DNA from: Octopus bimaculoides
Taxonomy: Eukaryota
DNA: 64,000 nucleotides
Reading direction: 5' to 3'
Assembly (NCBI RefSeq): GCF_001194135.2
Contig: NC_069000.1
Coordinates: 14,294,456 to 14,358,455 of the forward strand
Shown: positions 14,228 through 28,242 of the stretch, in pieces
Layout: every line of letters starts with the position of its first letter
Position numbering within the stretch: the stretch's first letter is position 1
Position numbers and translations under genes: made by a program
Notes under the pieces: model-generated
Databases searched by the model: none
What the model was told of the DNA's origin: nothing
The model's input: the letters and a program-made list of their open reading frames with translations, nothing else

Positions 14228-16010
14228 AGTTCCTTTTACAAGACTTTTCTGCTATGCTAAAAGTTACTGATTACTTAACCATTATATCACAAAGTAAATT
14301 AGATTCTATTCGATCTATTTAATTAATTGCTGATGATTCTCTAATTGTTATTGACATGGTTACTGCTGCTGAAAGCAAAATCATTATAAATATCTATACT
14401 GTATATTCTCAGTAAATTCTTAAAAATAGTTATTTGAAATATTGAGGCATTAGTCATTATTATTATTATTTGTTTACTTATTTATTTATTTATTTTAGAT
14501 CTAGTTTGAATGTTTTGTTTAACAGTGGATTTGATTTAAGATGCAGATTTTCATTTAGAATTACTTTATAAATGGTTCTTATTCCCTCAGTGATGAGTCA
14601 TTTCAATATGCTTCTCTCGTAAAATATGCTTGAACAAATGCAGAAATGACCTCAGACAATATATTGTCAGTACGTCCAGGTAACCAACGAACGTTAACTG
14701 ATTGAAAATGAAAATGAATCAGCATGCGTTCATGCAGCAAGGATTTCGAAAGTTATGAGAACTGTCTTCTTGGGACTGAATAGCTGTAGATTATGGTTGT
14801 ATTGACGATCAAGTCTGAAAGTAAACTGTCCAGCGGAAAATTACGTGCTTGTATGCTTGACATAAAAATCAATGGTTGAAGTTTACAAGAATACAGACTT
14901 TTCTACATAACATTTGAAGAAAACTACCACATATATATATATATGTATGTATGTCTATGTAATTTTGGTTCCAGCAGCAGTAATTATGTAGAAAACAATT
15001 TGGGAATTAACATTTAATTAATTAGATTGAATAGATTCTAATTTGCTGTGCATTAAATGAGATAAATATATAATGGTTTAATATTTGTTAATCTTATATT
15101 AACTGTTGCTTATGAGTGCAGATGTATAGGAGAATAATTAACAGTGGAATAAATTCTTCATGATAAAATTGTATATTTGTTATTTTTTATACTGATCTCT
15201 ATTATGATTATTTTGTCTTTTAATGACTGGTAGAGTAATAATGTTGTATATTGTTACTATGACAGCTAAGGAGAGAGGAGTAATTATAGGGTTTAACTGT
15301 TTTTGTTACCATATTTCTGTTGAAATACCTTGCCTCTCAATTAATTTTGAAAATTATAAAGAATTTATTAAAATAACTTTGGTGTTATTAAACTGGTGTT
15401 TGGAGCATAAATTAACATGAACATTTGATGGGAAGTTTTAATTTAGATCCCTTTAAAAAGGGAAGTTTGTATCATAGGGCCAGGGGTGGTTCGAGGCAGG
15501 TTTAACCCTCAATAGGATTACACTGATGGGTTTGAAAATATTTGAAAGAATAACAAAAGAGTTAAGCTTAATTAGTTAAAAAATAAAATCCTCATGGAGA
15601 TTGTTTCTAAACAACTATATTTTATTAAATTAAATAAAGTATGAAGCATAGTGCAAAACATCAAGAAAAAAACTGGATCAGTATCATTAATCAAATCTCA
15701 CAGCATATCGAATAAATTAGGTGTGACGTTATCTGAAAACTCTAAATGAAGTGACAAATGGTTTGTGATGAATGATGGAATATTGTAAGGCAGACACCTT
15801 CAACAGATTTCAATCAATATGAAAACCTGAATGCTAAGAAACAATGTATTTTTGGACCTGAAGGTAGTAGGCAAGCAATTTGATTTCTCTTGTTCTGTTT
15901 GTAAGCTCCACTACTTTTCAATGAAATGTCAAAGAACCAATTCCAAATTGAACTTCCACAAAACTGTTTTCTTAAATTAAAACTATATGGTTATGAAATT
16001 TGAATGTGTG

Positions 16011-16018
16011 TGTCTTTC

Positions 16019-16108
<90 letters not shown>
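16011..16108. repeat. (TC)n tract just upstream of the Vangl acceptor
   Basis: About 100 nt of near-pure TC ending about 35 nt before the AG at 16144-16145; a similar tract lies at 8286-8362. Confidence 0.95.
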
Positions 16109-16111
<3 letters not shown>

Positions 16112-16180
16112 TCTTGTTTCTAAGTATTCTCATTTCTAATTTCAGATTTACATTTCAAGAAATATCTTTGAAGATTTTCA

Positions 16181-17384
16181 ATGAAGATGATGGATGGAGC
16201 TGAATCTGTGCGGTCAGGTAAAAGCGACCGCTCGGAGCGGTCACATCGAAGCCATGGTAGCATGCATCACCGCCACCACCAACGCCAACCAAGTAACCGT
16301 CCGCACCGCAGCCAAAGCCGAGACAAGGTGCGTGGGGGTGATGAACATATTGACGATCGTGCTGTACAGCATAGGGACCATCATATCGTGTCGGGTGAAG
16401 ACGAATGTGAGGAACGTATCGAAGTTCAAATACTTCCCCAAGATGATAACTGGGGAGACAACACAACAGCTATCACAGGAAATACTAGTGAAACTGCATT
16501 TTCAATGGAAGATATGCACAAATTTTCTAAAGATCTTGATGACAGCATTGGCTTCGACTGTACTCGTTATGTTGGCACAGCTCTTGCTACTTTTCTAAGC
16601 TTGTTTGGATTTGCTTCACCTATCATTATGGTCATTCTACCCAAACTCGGGATAATGACCTGGGATGCAGGACCTTGCAAACCTGAATGTGAAGGCCTTC
16701 TGATCAGTTTTACCTTTAAACTCATCATTTTACTCATGGGAACTATGGCCCTTTTCTTTCGCCATCCAAAAGCCACCATGCCGCGTGTTTATGTATTTCG
16801 TGCCGTTGTACTCTTTCTTGTGTTTGTGCTTACATTTGCTTTCTGGCTCTTCTACGGAGTACGCATCTTCAAAAGGAAAGACGCGAAAACAGAATATTAT
16901 AACATTGTCCAGTTCTCTGTCTCCCTTGTAGATGCTCTCCTTTTCATTCATTACTTATCAATTATTGTGCTTGAAATTCGCCAATTACAACCACAGTATG
17001 TAGTCAAGGTTGTGAGATCACCTGATGGATTGAGTCAAAATTACAACATTGGAATCTTAAGCATTCAAAGAGCAGCTGTCTCAGTTTTGGAAAATTATTA
17101 CAAAGATTTTCCTGTGTTTAACCCATACTTGGAAAATGTCCATAAGCGGTCCTCAAAAGTAACTAGTCTCAAAATTTATGATGTCGATGGTGTTAATACT
17201 TCTGGACCACAAGGTCGTCAACGGGCTGTATTTGCTCCTAATAGTAGGAGGCGAGATACTAGTCACAATGAACGCTTTTATGAGGAACAAGAGTATGAGC
17301 GCCGTGTTCGTAAGAGAAAAGCAAGACTTATCATGTCCGCTGATGAAGCCTTCACTCACATCAAAAGAATGCAAGATGAACAAG
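16181..17384 (+). CDS. Vangl: Vang-like/strabismus planar cell polarity protein, coding exon 1 (N-terminus, 4 TM helices, start of C-tail)
   Basis: Vang motifs DDNWGDNTTAITGNTSE, four hydrophobic helices, YYKDF and RRRDTSHNERFYEEQEYERRVRKRKARL. Acceptor ttcag at 16141-16145, in-frame TGA at 16169-16171 upstream of the ATG, donor caag|gtaagt (phase 1). Confidence 0.97.
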
Positions 17385-17659
17385 GTAAGTTATAAATTCA
17401 ATTTGATTAGATATTGAATGGAAATTCTGTAATTCACCATTCTTAAAAAATATATTTGCTATTGAAATATTGTCGAGAAAACTTATTTTTATTCCCCATA
17501 TACATTTTATTGTATATGGAGATGAACTTTCAGTTTCAGTCTACCAAATCCACTAACCAAGCTTTGGTCAGCCCCTGCTTTAGTAGAAGACACTTAGCCA
17601 AGATGTCATGCATTTGGTTGGGAAGCAAACTTCTTAACTACACAGCTATGCCTGCACAT

Positions 17660-18083
17660 AAAGAAGTGATGAGCCCTGATTGTGGTGGGTGCCTGTGGAA
17701 GGGGTAGACCCTGGAAGACATGGGACAAAGTGATGAGAAAGGATCTTTGGGCGCTGAGCCTCACTGAGGAAATGACAAAAGACTGGGAGATGTGGTGATT
17801 TGCTGTACTTGATAAGATGTGTCAAGCTAAGTAAAATTGCAACCTTCCACACATACAGGCTTGTTCTTTCAGGTGTTGGTGCCACTTAAAAAGTACCTAT
17901 GCTGGTGGCACATAAAAAGCACCCAGCACACTGTTAAGTGGTTGGTATGAGGGAGGGCATCCAGCCATAGAAACCATGCCTCAACAGACAGTTGAAGTCT
18001 GGACAGCTCCCAGCTAGCCATCACCTTATCAAACCATCCAACCCATGCCAGCATGGAAAGCAGACATTAAATGATGATGATGG
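17660..18083 (+). mobile_element. 5'-truncated RTE LINE in the Vangl intron
   Basis: GRGRPWKTWDKVMRKDL...KMCQAK* ORF end, 3'UTR, (GAT)n tail. Confidence 0.8.
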
Positions 18084-18266
18084 TGCTCAAAAACTTGACA
18101 ATAGCAGGTATTTTGTATCAGATTAGTTTTTTGGTTTTTTTTTTCTGAAAGCAGAGACCAACTTACAAAATTGTCACTACTTACCCATTGCCTGTTGTTG
18201 ACTTGTTATCATTTGGTTTATATCTTATTCTTATTCCTGTCTTTTTTTTTTATGTATATATTTCAG

Positions 18267-18694
18267 GCCCTGCAATTCCCATGGACCCTTATGAAGCAGC
18301 TCAGGCTGTTTTCCCATCAATGGCTCGTGCTTTACAAAAATATCTCCGCGTCACACGTCAACAGCCACGTTACACTATGGAAGCTGTATTACAACATTTA
18401 GCTACATGTATCAGCCATGATGTCAGTCCAAAAGCCTTTGTGGAGAAGTACCTCACTCAAGGGGCAGTGATCATGAACGAGAAGGATTATAAGGGGCTTG
18501 AGAAGTGGGTCCTTGTTTGTGATCATTTGTTGACTAGAGAAATAGAACATGGGATTGTGTTTCAACTTCGGCAAGGAGAGCTCTCATTACTTTGTTCGGT
18601 TCATAAGTTGCCACATTTTAGTTTGACTGAAGAAGTCATTGATCCAAAACATAACAAATTTGTATTACGTCTTAATTCTGAGACATCCGTTTAA
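18267..18694 (+). CDS. Vangl: Vangl coding exon 2 (C-terminus ending ETSV)
   Basis: Acceptor tttcag|gc completes Gly in phase 1. GPAIPMDPYEAAQAVFPSMARALQKYLR...KFVLRLNSETSV*; 1204+428=1632 nt = 543 aa plus stop. Confidence 0.97.
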
Positions 18695-19305
18695 ATGTTA
18701 AAGAACTAAAAAAACACACATACAAAAAAGAAAAAAAACTAAACCTGACAATTGTGTTGTCTTTGACTACTGCTATTAATTACTAAATATCTGGGGTTTA
18801 AGCCACATTTCTTAGATTACTTTGCTATCATGGTATTATTCCTTCAAGGAAAAGAAACCATCTCCTCCCCCCACCACACACACACACCTATTTCAAATTA
18901 AGAAAAAGTATAATTTCTCCATTTACAAATTAAGCTAAACATCATATGATTCATTTCTGATTTATTTTGTTTTATATTCATTTATCTCACATTTTCAATA
19001 ATTGGTTTTGTTATTGATGTATCTATGCTGTGTACATAGATATTGTTCATGCATTCGTATTCAGGTCTCTAATTCTGCCAACATTACACTCTAATCGTTT
19101 GGCACTGTAATTACAATGTTGTATGTCAGAAACTTGAAATACAATACTAGTGATTTAACCATTGTTCTTCCAACATGTTTTAGTATATATTCTTTTGTCC
19201 ATGTCTGTCTGTCTGTGTGTGTGTTTGGTTTTAAAATGACGAAGTGAGGGTTTATATTTAGTAGTGTATCTCAATTTCTCAAACTTCTCATATGATGTGT
19301 GTGTG

Positions 19306-19422
<117 letters not shown>

Positions 19423-22400
19423 ATATGTGGATACATAAAACATAAATTTTCTGATGCTGCTCCCTTTATAATTTCTCTTATTGTACCTTGAAAGGTGTGT
19501 AAATAGTATCCAACATTTCACTTGTATTTGCCATTCTGTGCTATGTGCTCCCTATGTATGTGTGTGTGTTGGTGTGTGTATACACTTCTTATATACTGAA
19601 TACTTTTTCTTCTCATTGTAATTTGACAAATTTATATCTGTGTGTATGTGTGTGTGTGTACTTAGGTATGCTTGTGTATAGATGTTATGCAAATATGTTA
19701 CATAAAATGTGGACAGTGAACTTATTTCTAATAAATTCCTAGTCTAGTTGTCTGCTGTTGTTTTTGTTTTTATTTCTAACTTTGATAGTCATCTACAACC
19801 TTTGTATTTATTTCTTTACATTTGCTTTTTGTTTCCTTAATTCTACATTAGAATGTAGAGCCATTTGCTGAGGTTACTAAGGAACACATAAAAACTACGT
19901 ATATATATATAAGTATAAACAGGCTGTATGGCCTCAAGCTCACAAAGGATGATTATCAGATAAAGGAAAAAAGGAAAAAAACAAAACTCTGAATGAAGGG
20001 CAGATAACTACACTAGTATTAGAAATATAAAAATACTGTCCACATAAGATATATGCTCATGGGACTGATTCCAGTTTGATTGTATTCATTGTGAGTCCTA
20101 ATAACATAGGAGTTTTTACTTTGGGATATGGGCTTCACCTCACACCTCCTGACCCTATACATATCTGTATGAATTAAAATAATCATAATCAATTGTAACA
20201 AACTGTTACATAAATTTTTTTAAGATATAGTTACTGTTTATTTTGATTATCATTAACCCTTCAGGCCAATTTCTGTTTATATCAATTCATATCTGAAACA
20301 TGGTGAAACTTGAACAAGCGGTAATTCTACAATTATGGATGGATGCAAGTATTAATTACTCAACAATGTAAAGTTCACTGATGGCTACACATTTCTCCGC
20401 TATCGTTTTGCTTTACTATACAGAACTAATAGAGTACTGAGTTGACAACCCAGTAGCTGAAGTTGCCATTGAACCACTGCCGTACTCTGTGTGTGTGTTT
20501 CTTAAGTAGGAGGTGTGTGAGACACGAATGGTGTTTTGTATAATTCCCATTATATCACTTTACTGGGTGTTTTATTAATCATAATGCCTGTGTGTGTGTA
20601 TGTATGGATGTATATATATATATATATATAGAGAGAGAGAAGAAAAGTATATCTATGTTTGAATGTATATATTTATATGTATGGGAATATATGTATGTGT
20701 TGTGCATGTATATAAATGCATACTTGTGTGTATGTATGCATAATTATCTATGTATGTGTGTTTATATATATGTGTATGTGTGTGCATGTATATATATATG
20801 TGTGTATATATATATGTATGTATATATATGTGGACACTAGTTCACGTCATTGTGTTTTTGTCTCCTTTGTTGAGATAGATTTTCATTTAATGTTTATGTA
20901 AATACCCTAGCATATTAAAACATACATTTATACTTACCCACACACACAAACATTTTTTTCTTGTATCCAAACCACCGATTCATTCATATGTAACAACAGA
21001 AGTTACAACCTGTGAATAATTAATTGCCATTGATAATAAATACCAAAAATTATGAAGTAAAGTTAATAACATTTAAAAAACCAATAACAATGATTTTCAT
21101 TTTAGCATTTTGGTTTGGTTTGCCCAATTTCTTTTCTGTTTTTTCTTTCTTTCTGTTAACTGTGTGAATTGTCCTTGTTACAAATCTTCAGTTATATAGG
21201 AGTTCATTGTTATTTCGATAACAAATGCAACTTGCAGCAAAATTGAAGTCCATACAACTTTGCGATCAGATATAAATGCAGCAAGTTTATAGTTTTCCCA
21301 CCTTTAATAACAACTGGTGCTAATTATAAAGCCAAATTAAGTAATAATTTAAACTCAACATCATTTCTTCAGATGAACATGCAAGTACACAGATGCCCCA
21401 TATACTTAAATTATTCAATGTTTTTTATTTTTTGTAATGTTTTTGGAATTCTATTATTATTTTTTTTAAACATGTACAAATTTTATAATTTTCTTTTCCT
21501 TTTTACTTGAATTCTTAACTGTGTATTCATAAAAATATATGAAAAAAAATTCTCTATTATTGATTTATATTTTATTGAAAAGGGAATTATTTTTAGATAG
21601 ATATTTTGCATATAATTCTTGGATAATATAAAATTCTTTATTTCCTATTCTGTATAAATTAGTTCCAAGTCTTGGTGTGTATTGTCAAATCAAATGTTAA
21701 TACTTTGTATCTCAAATAGTGTTGTGAAAGTTTTAGGGTATTGTCTAAAGTTACAACCAATCTCTCTCTCTAGTCTGCTATAGAGTTCTTTCTCACAAAA
21801 AGTGTTAAGGAAGAGTGGTGATGGGTATTCAAAGCTCAACTGGCTGATGGAATTTAAATTTTTTTTTTTTTATCTTGAGCTGATATTCTTTATTCTTTTA
21901 ATGTCTTAGTAATCCACATCTTGTCGGTTTTTTTTTTTACTATATTTGGCATATGTTCAATTATTCTCTTGTAAATGTATGAAAGTGTATTAATATCTTG
22001 ACTTGCTGATAGAAGAATATATGCAAAACTTTCAGCATAGCCATTTTGAGGTTCACTAGGATTAAAAGAAATGTCAACTGAGGTCTAACTTCCTTTATGA
22101 AACTAAAATTTGAAAATTGTCATTAAAACAGCAATAGTCAGAATAAATTGCAATATTAAGTTTATCTGAGGAGGGTCATTATTCCTGTAATAAACACATG
22201 CACTAGTTCTACTTCACTTCTTTATTTGTCAATTGTTTATCCTTTTAACTAATTAAATAATCATTTGTTTGATTAATCATTCAGTCAATCAGATTTGTCA
22301 AAGTCCTTTTGTTGCCACTCGCAACCTCATATATTACGTGCCGTCTCAATTCCAGGTCTGCTTCAGGTTTATTATTTTAAACTAATATTTTCTGTTAAAA

Positions 22401-22959
22401 TTACTAAGTACAGTAGAAAATTTTAGAATTTTTTTAGGAAATTGAAATTTTGTAAGTTTTAGAGTTCCAGTAAATTATCATGTTCCAAAAGTGCCCTTTT
22501 ATTTGTTTATTATTATTATTAGTAATAAAATATATTTAAAAAAACTTAATTCTTCATATATAAACAGAAGTCATATATTAAGTAATATTTTGATTCTATA
22601 TAGATGTGAACCCTATAAAATTGGCCGATATGGTGCTCAACTCCAACTTACATTGCAGAGACATGTTTATACCTTGAATTTTTTTGAAGTTGGTCAATCA
22701 TTTGTTTACTTCTTATGTCCTGTATTTGTCCATTTCTTTTATACTAATTATTTGTTGCTTTTTTTATGTCCTTGATCAACTACTAGAAGTCAAAAAGCTT
22801 TGTTATTTTGCATAATTCAACAATTCAAATAAAATCTTCATTAAACACTGTTGCTTATTTTGAATTTCTTTCTTAGATATTCATTTTCAACTGTTGAAAT
22901 CAAAAAATCAAACTTCTTTCTACAGGTATTTTTATTTTTTTGAAGACTCATCAAACATT

Positions 22960-23190
22960 TCAGTAAACTTCCGAGATATAACACTAGATCTTAAATCAAA
23001 TACCAGCCATGCCACAAACCCAATGAAAACCTCAAATATATGAACATAAATAGTAACCACCCAGCTAGCATAACACACAAATTAGTGGAAAATATTTCAA
23101 CCCATATCTCTAATCTCTGCTAATGAAAACATTTTAAAACTAAATACAGATTATTACAATTCAGCTCGAGAAAAATTGGGGCATAGGAAA
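22960..23190 (+). pseudogene. Penelope-like element RT C-terminal relic
   Basis: With two frameshifts reads VNFRDITLDLKSN / YQPCHKPNENLKYMNINSNHPASI...ISNL / ANENILKLNTDYYNSAREKLG, resembling the PLE pattern NFLDxTLDL..Y.PY.KPN...Y....SNHP. Confidence 0.7.
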
Positions 23191-26100
23191 AAATTAAAAT
23201 TTTGTAAGACAGTGTGGATAAACATAATACAGCTCAAATTAACTCAAGAACCAACGATAATAATAGGATAATTAATTTTGATAACAAAACTAAATACCAT
23301 GGAAATAAAACTGAAGTTGATGGGGAAAATTAGATATAAAGATATGGTAAATGATTATAATAAACATATAAATAAAAAACTATAACCATAACGAGAGACT
23401 GATGTCTAAGCACAACAATCTAACGAATGATAACAACATTCTAATAACATAAAGAGTTATAAGAACGACTTTAACACCCAACCTAAATCAATTAATTTAC
23501 AATTAGCTAGTTGTTTTATCTCTCAGACTATTGCTTGCATTTATTTCAAAACACCTCAATTTCAGTTTTCACTGACAAATTAAAATAATTGTAAGAGACG
23601 AAGTTGGATTCACTGAATCCCAAAAAATAAATAAAGAAAATACTTAGGACAAGTAGCTTTATTTTGCTGTGTGTTTAATTATAAGGGATATGTTACAATG
23701 AAATATCTCATAAAATTTAATGAACAACAAAACACAATTCATTTTTGCATAAATTACAAAGTATATTTTACAATTTTAACAAAAGATAAACAAAACAAAA
23801 CAAAACAAAACAAAATTCCATTGCATGAAACATTGAAATATTTATGGAAATTGAATAATTTCTCTCTTGATTTTTACCCTGAATAATCAAGTCAGTATCT
23901 TTAGTTTATTTAAGAATGTCTGAAGCACATTGCAATATTTTAGTCATATACTACTTAAATATTATATCATAGAAACTTTCTATACAATCTTAAGACCATT
24001 TCAAATGTGTTTCGAGAGGTATTTGAACTGGTAAGATCCTTTCACTGCAGTTTGTCAGGGACAAAAAAAAAAAAAGCACACATGACTAACTGCTGTGAAA
24101 AGTATTTACAGATTTAAATAACTATCAAACACAATTTTGTATAATTTCACTGCTTCATGCAGCTACTTGTGTATAGAAGCTTTCTATTTTATAAAAATGC
24201 TATTAAAAGACATTGTAGAAAGAAAATAGTTAATTAATATTATATATTATCAGAAGGAAATCAAACTCTGGTCACAGTGTCACATGATAGTCTGATAGAC
24301 ATCTTATAATTAGCACTGATCCAGGGTTTGTTTCTCCTTATAGAAAAATAATTAACCATAAAATGACTATATACTGAAAATAGATGGAAGTTGCAGCTGA
24401 AAGCCAAACTATAGAAATTTCTTTTTTCACAAACTTGTAATGTTCTTTGGCATTAAAAAATAAACTAAATATTGGAAAAAAGAGTGCCTTTGTAAGTGTA
24501 ACCATGTTTATATGGAAGTTCTGTAATCACTCAAAGCAGAGAACTGGATAAGATTTGATTGCTGCTTTCAGTGTTTAACAGCTGGAAAAAAAAAAAAAAA
24601 GATTACACAGACATTTCTTGGTCCAGTTTAATAATTTCCAGTTAAAGGAATGGTTAAAATATAAATATCACAGTAGGTGTATGAACTGAATTAAATGTAC
24701 ACTGCCTTCTCAAAATATTATAAAAGAATGTAAATATATGGAGGCATAATTGCAATCAGACAGAAAGCTATCATTCAAAAATTTTTTTTTTTTTTAATCA
24801 CCAAAGTAAGCATTTATTGATAAGAGAAAAATGGTTATCAACAATATAATCTAGGTTCCTTCCCGTAATAGTTAGGAACCACAGCACAGAGATTTTAAGT
24901 GAGCGAATGTGTGTGTGTAAGGACCAGGCAAAAAAAATTCCATACTGCAAGTTTGTACAGCTTCCATAGGCTTTTGAAGGTTATTGTATGCATATTACAA
25001 ACTACCACTTTTGCTATGTTTTGAGTAATATGCCATGATTGAGTAAAAAAAAAAAAGTCAGCAAACATCTAAATTAATGCATTTAATAGAAAAAAGTTTA
25101 TCTTCATTGGGAATATCTCCTATGCTTTTACTTTTTATTTGTTTCATTTACTGGACTGCGGCCATGCTGGTGCACTGCCTTGAAGGGTTTAGTCAAACAA
25201 ATCGACCCCTGGACTTATTTTTTTTAAGTTAAGGGTACTTATTCTATTGGTCTCTTTTGTCAAACCATTAAGTTACAAGGACGTAAACAAACCAACACTG
25301 GTTGTCAAGTGGTGCTGGGGATACAAAACACAAAGGCACATGCACATATATATATATGTATATATGATGGGCTTCCATGCAGTTTCTGCCTACTAAATTC
25401 ACTCACAAGAGTCATTGGTCAGCCTAGAGATGTAGTAGAACACACTTGCCCAAGGTACTGCACAGGAGGACTGAACCGAAAACCACGTGGTTGCAAAGTG
25501 AGTTCCTTAACCACACTTTATCAAACAATTTTCCTACAAGAACTGGGTTGTTAAAAAAAAAACCTTCAGTTTTTAGGACCACTGAAATATTTGTCCCAGG
25601 AGAGCAATTTATTAATTATACAGAGATGGCAGGAATAATACAAAAGAAAAATCCATAAGTAATTAATATTTGCTTCAAATTTTGACATAAGGCCAGCAAT
25701 TCTAGGGAGGGGTTAAGCTGATTACATCAACCCCCAGTGCTCAACAGGTACTTATTTCATCAAACGCAAAAAGATGAAAGGCAAAGTCGACCTCGGTGGA
25801 ATTTGAACTCATAATGTAAAGATTAACAAAATGCCACTAAATATTTTCCCCAGTGTGCTAACAATTCTGTCAGTCCCCCATCTTATAACAAATTAATATT
25901 AAATTTCATATGATTTAAATACTTTAGCTATACAGATTTGTTGGTATGGTTTTTAGTTTGGTTTTAAATCGTTTATAGTAAATATTCTCTGTTTTACTTT
26001 CCAATCCTTTATTTTTTTGGAGTAGAAAATTGTCTCCAGTTAGTTCTTTACTTTGTTTCAGCCATCAGGACTAAGGCCACACTAAAGCACTGTTTTCACA

Positions 26101-27168
26101 GATTGTATTAGTCAAAAAGAAAAAATTAAATTGACATCAACAGAGCTTATCTTTGTACCATTCCACATCATTGATATTTTTACCCAATATTTTGAATTTT
26201 TAACTCCTAAATCATATAGTTCATATTCTTTATCTCAGCATCATTTTCAACTAATTTGACTGAAAATAATAAATGTTTTGGTTGAAGTCATAGGCCAAGT
26301 AATGAGGGCAATAGAGCCATAAATCTCAACATTTATATTCCAAATGAAAATTAAGAACTAGCCATCAATAAAGAATATCTGTAATTAATGGAGCTAAATT
26401 AGCACTAGGATCAATACTGAAATTCAGGCAATCATTTATTGAGGTTCTTTTCTTAACCCCTTTCCTTTTCTTGTTCTTAATTTGAAACCTAACAATAAAA
26501 ATCAAGAATGGCTGTATTTAACATCTGCAAAATCAATAGAAGAACTGCAATGATTAATCAATAACAGATTGTCACAATTTGGCCCCAAGTGTGAAATTCA
26601 ATATACTCTGCAAGGAATATGACCTATACAGGTTATAACAACATGTCTGGCAAACTAAAAATGAGTTGTCATGTCTCGTAGCAGTGTATTACAAATATTA
26701 CTAAATGTAATAGATATATTCTGTGAATTATGAAACAGTTACAGATAGGTTAGAAGTTGAGGAATTTAATAGAGGAAAGTAATGTCAAAACCAAATATGA
26801 GCAGCATTTATTTATTATTTTTTTGAGAAGCTGGCTGCAAAGAGACAGGGCTCATTATCAGGCGGATCACACTACTAAAATAAATTCAAGATAATTGTCT
26901 TGTTAGGTGTGCCATTCAGAAAGTTCCATGGGCTGTGATTTGCCCATGACTGGTATAAACCATGACAATGAAAGACCTGCAAGGAAGTTAAGTTCAAAAA
27001 GCCACATACACATACCTATCTGCCTACATGTCTATCTATTGAATAGTTACAGGATTCATTAGAATCTAGGCATATCGCAAGTGGGATGCCCAGTACTGGC
27101 TGGGTACCATAACATTAAGTTCACAGTAAAGGAAAACAACCATTAGGCGTCATTTGTTGGTAGTATAC

Positions 27169-27214
<46 letters not shown>

Positions 27215-27310
27215 TCACATTATATGAATTCAACTAATCTGGTGGTACTCATAAAAAAAAGTTGCTTAATGTACCATTCTACAAAACAAATAGAATATAC
27301 AGTAAAACAT

Positions 27311-27547
27311 ATAAATAAAGAGAGAAATATACTATGATAAAATTTATTTTACCATTGGATATTCTTATTTAACAATTGTTTCGCAGCTTAATAAACATGT
27401 ATAAATAATTTATTTTATTATATTTTATAATTAATAAATTACATGTCTACATTTATATGCAATTTTTAAGCTGTGAAACAATTGTTGTTAAATAAGAATA
27501 TTGAATGGTAAAATAAATTTTATTAGAATATTTTTCTCTTTATTTAT
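27311..27547. repeat. AT-rich foldback between the two genes
   Basis: Inverted arms of about 80 nt (27311-27391, 27466-27547). Confidence 0.8.
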
Positions 27548-28242
27548 AATTATATATAGGTACCAAATCCAATATAAATCATAGATCCTACCCAGGGTTG
27601 GTTCTGTCTATCTATCTATCTATACATATATATGTAAGAAGTGCTATTTAGTGGATTAGAATATATGCTGTATTTGCAAATTTGATAATTTCGGAAGAGG
27701 AGTTGTAGTTTCCCTTTGTTGCTTGTGAAAAATGAATAAGAATTAAATCAGTAAAAATATTAAGCAAAAGAAAATATAAATTAGAGAGATCAGAGCAAAA
27801 TTAAGTGAGTAGGGATTTTATAATGAAAGATTGAGACAGATATAGCCAATTTAATACTGATAAACATGGATGAATAATGAATAATTTTATAAATATATTA
27901 GTTTATCCTTTGGCTAGGTTTCAAGCTTGTGTACTTTAAAAAGAGAAAATGATGTAGGGTCATGTTGATGCCTTTCTCTGAGTGAGATTCGAAACAAGAA
28001 TGTAATGATGACATACAAGAGCTTATCTCTTGTTCTAAAGCACTCACCACAAGTTTTATATAACATAATGAATAAGAATAATATAAGTTTCATTAATTGA
28101 CAGTATTGTTAGTATTATTATTTCTTTTTTATATTTGTATGACATGTGGGATAATATGACAGTCATAAGAGAATTTGTGAATAAATATATGATAATTCCA
28201 ACTGGAAATAATTTGAGGAAACTAGGTAATAGATAATATTGG

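Noticed and set aside
16146-16180. Possible N-terminally extended Vangl from a near-cognate start, as reported for vertebrate Vangl2
   Set aside because: An in-frame TGA at 16169-16171 blocks any extension.
16155-17383. Antisense ORFs over Vangl exon 1
   Set aside because: Short shadows of a GC-richer coding exon with no motifs or splice support.
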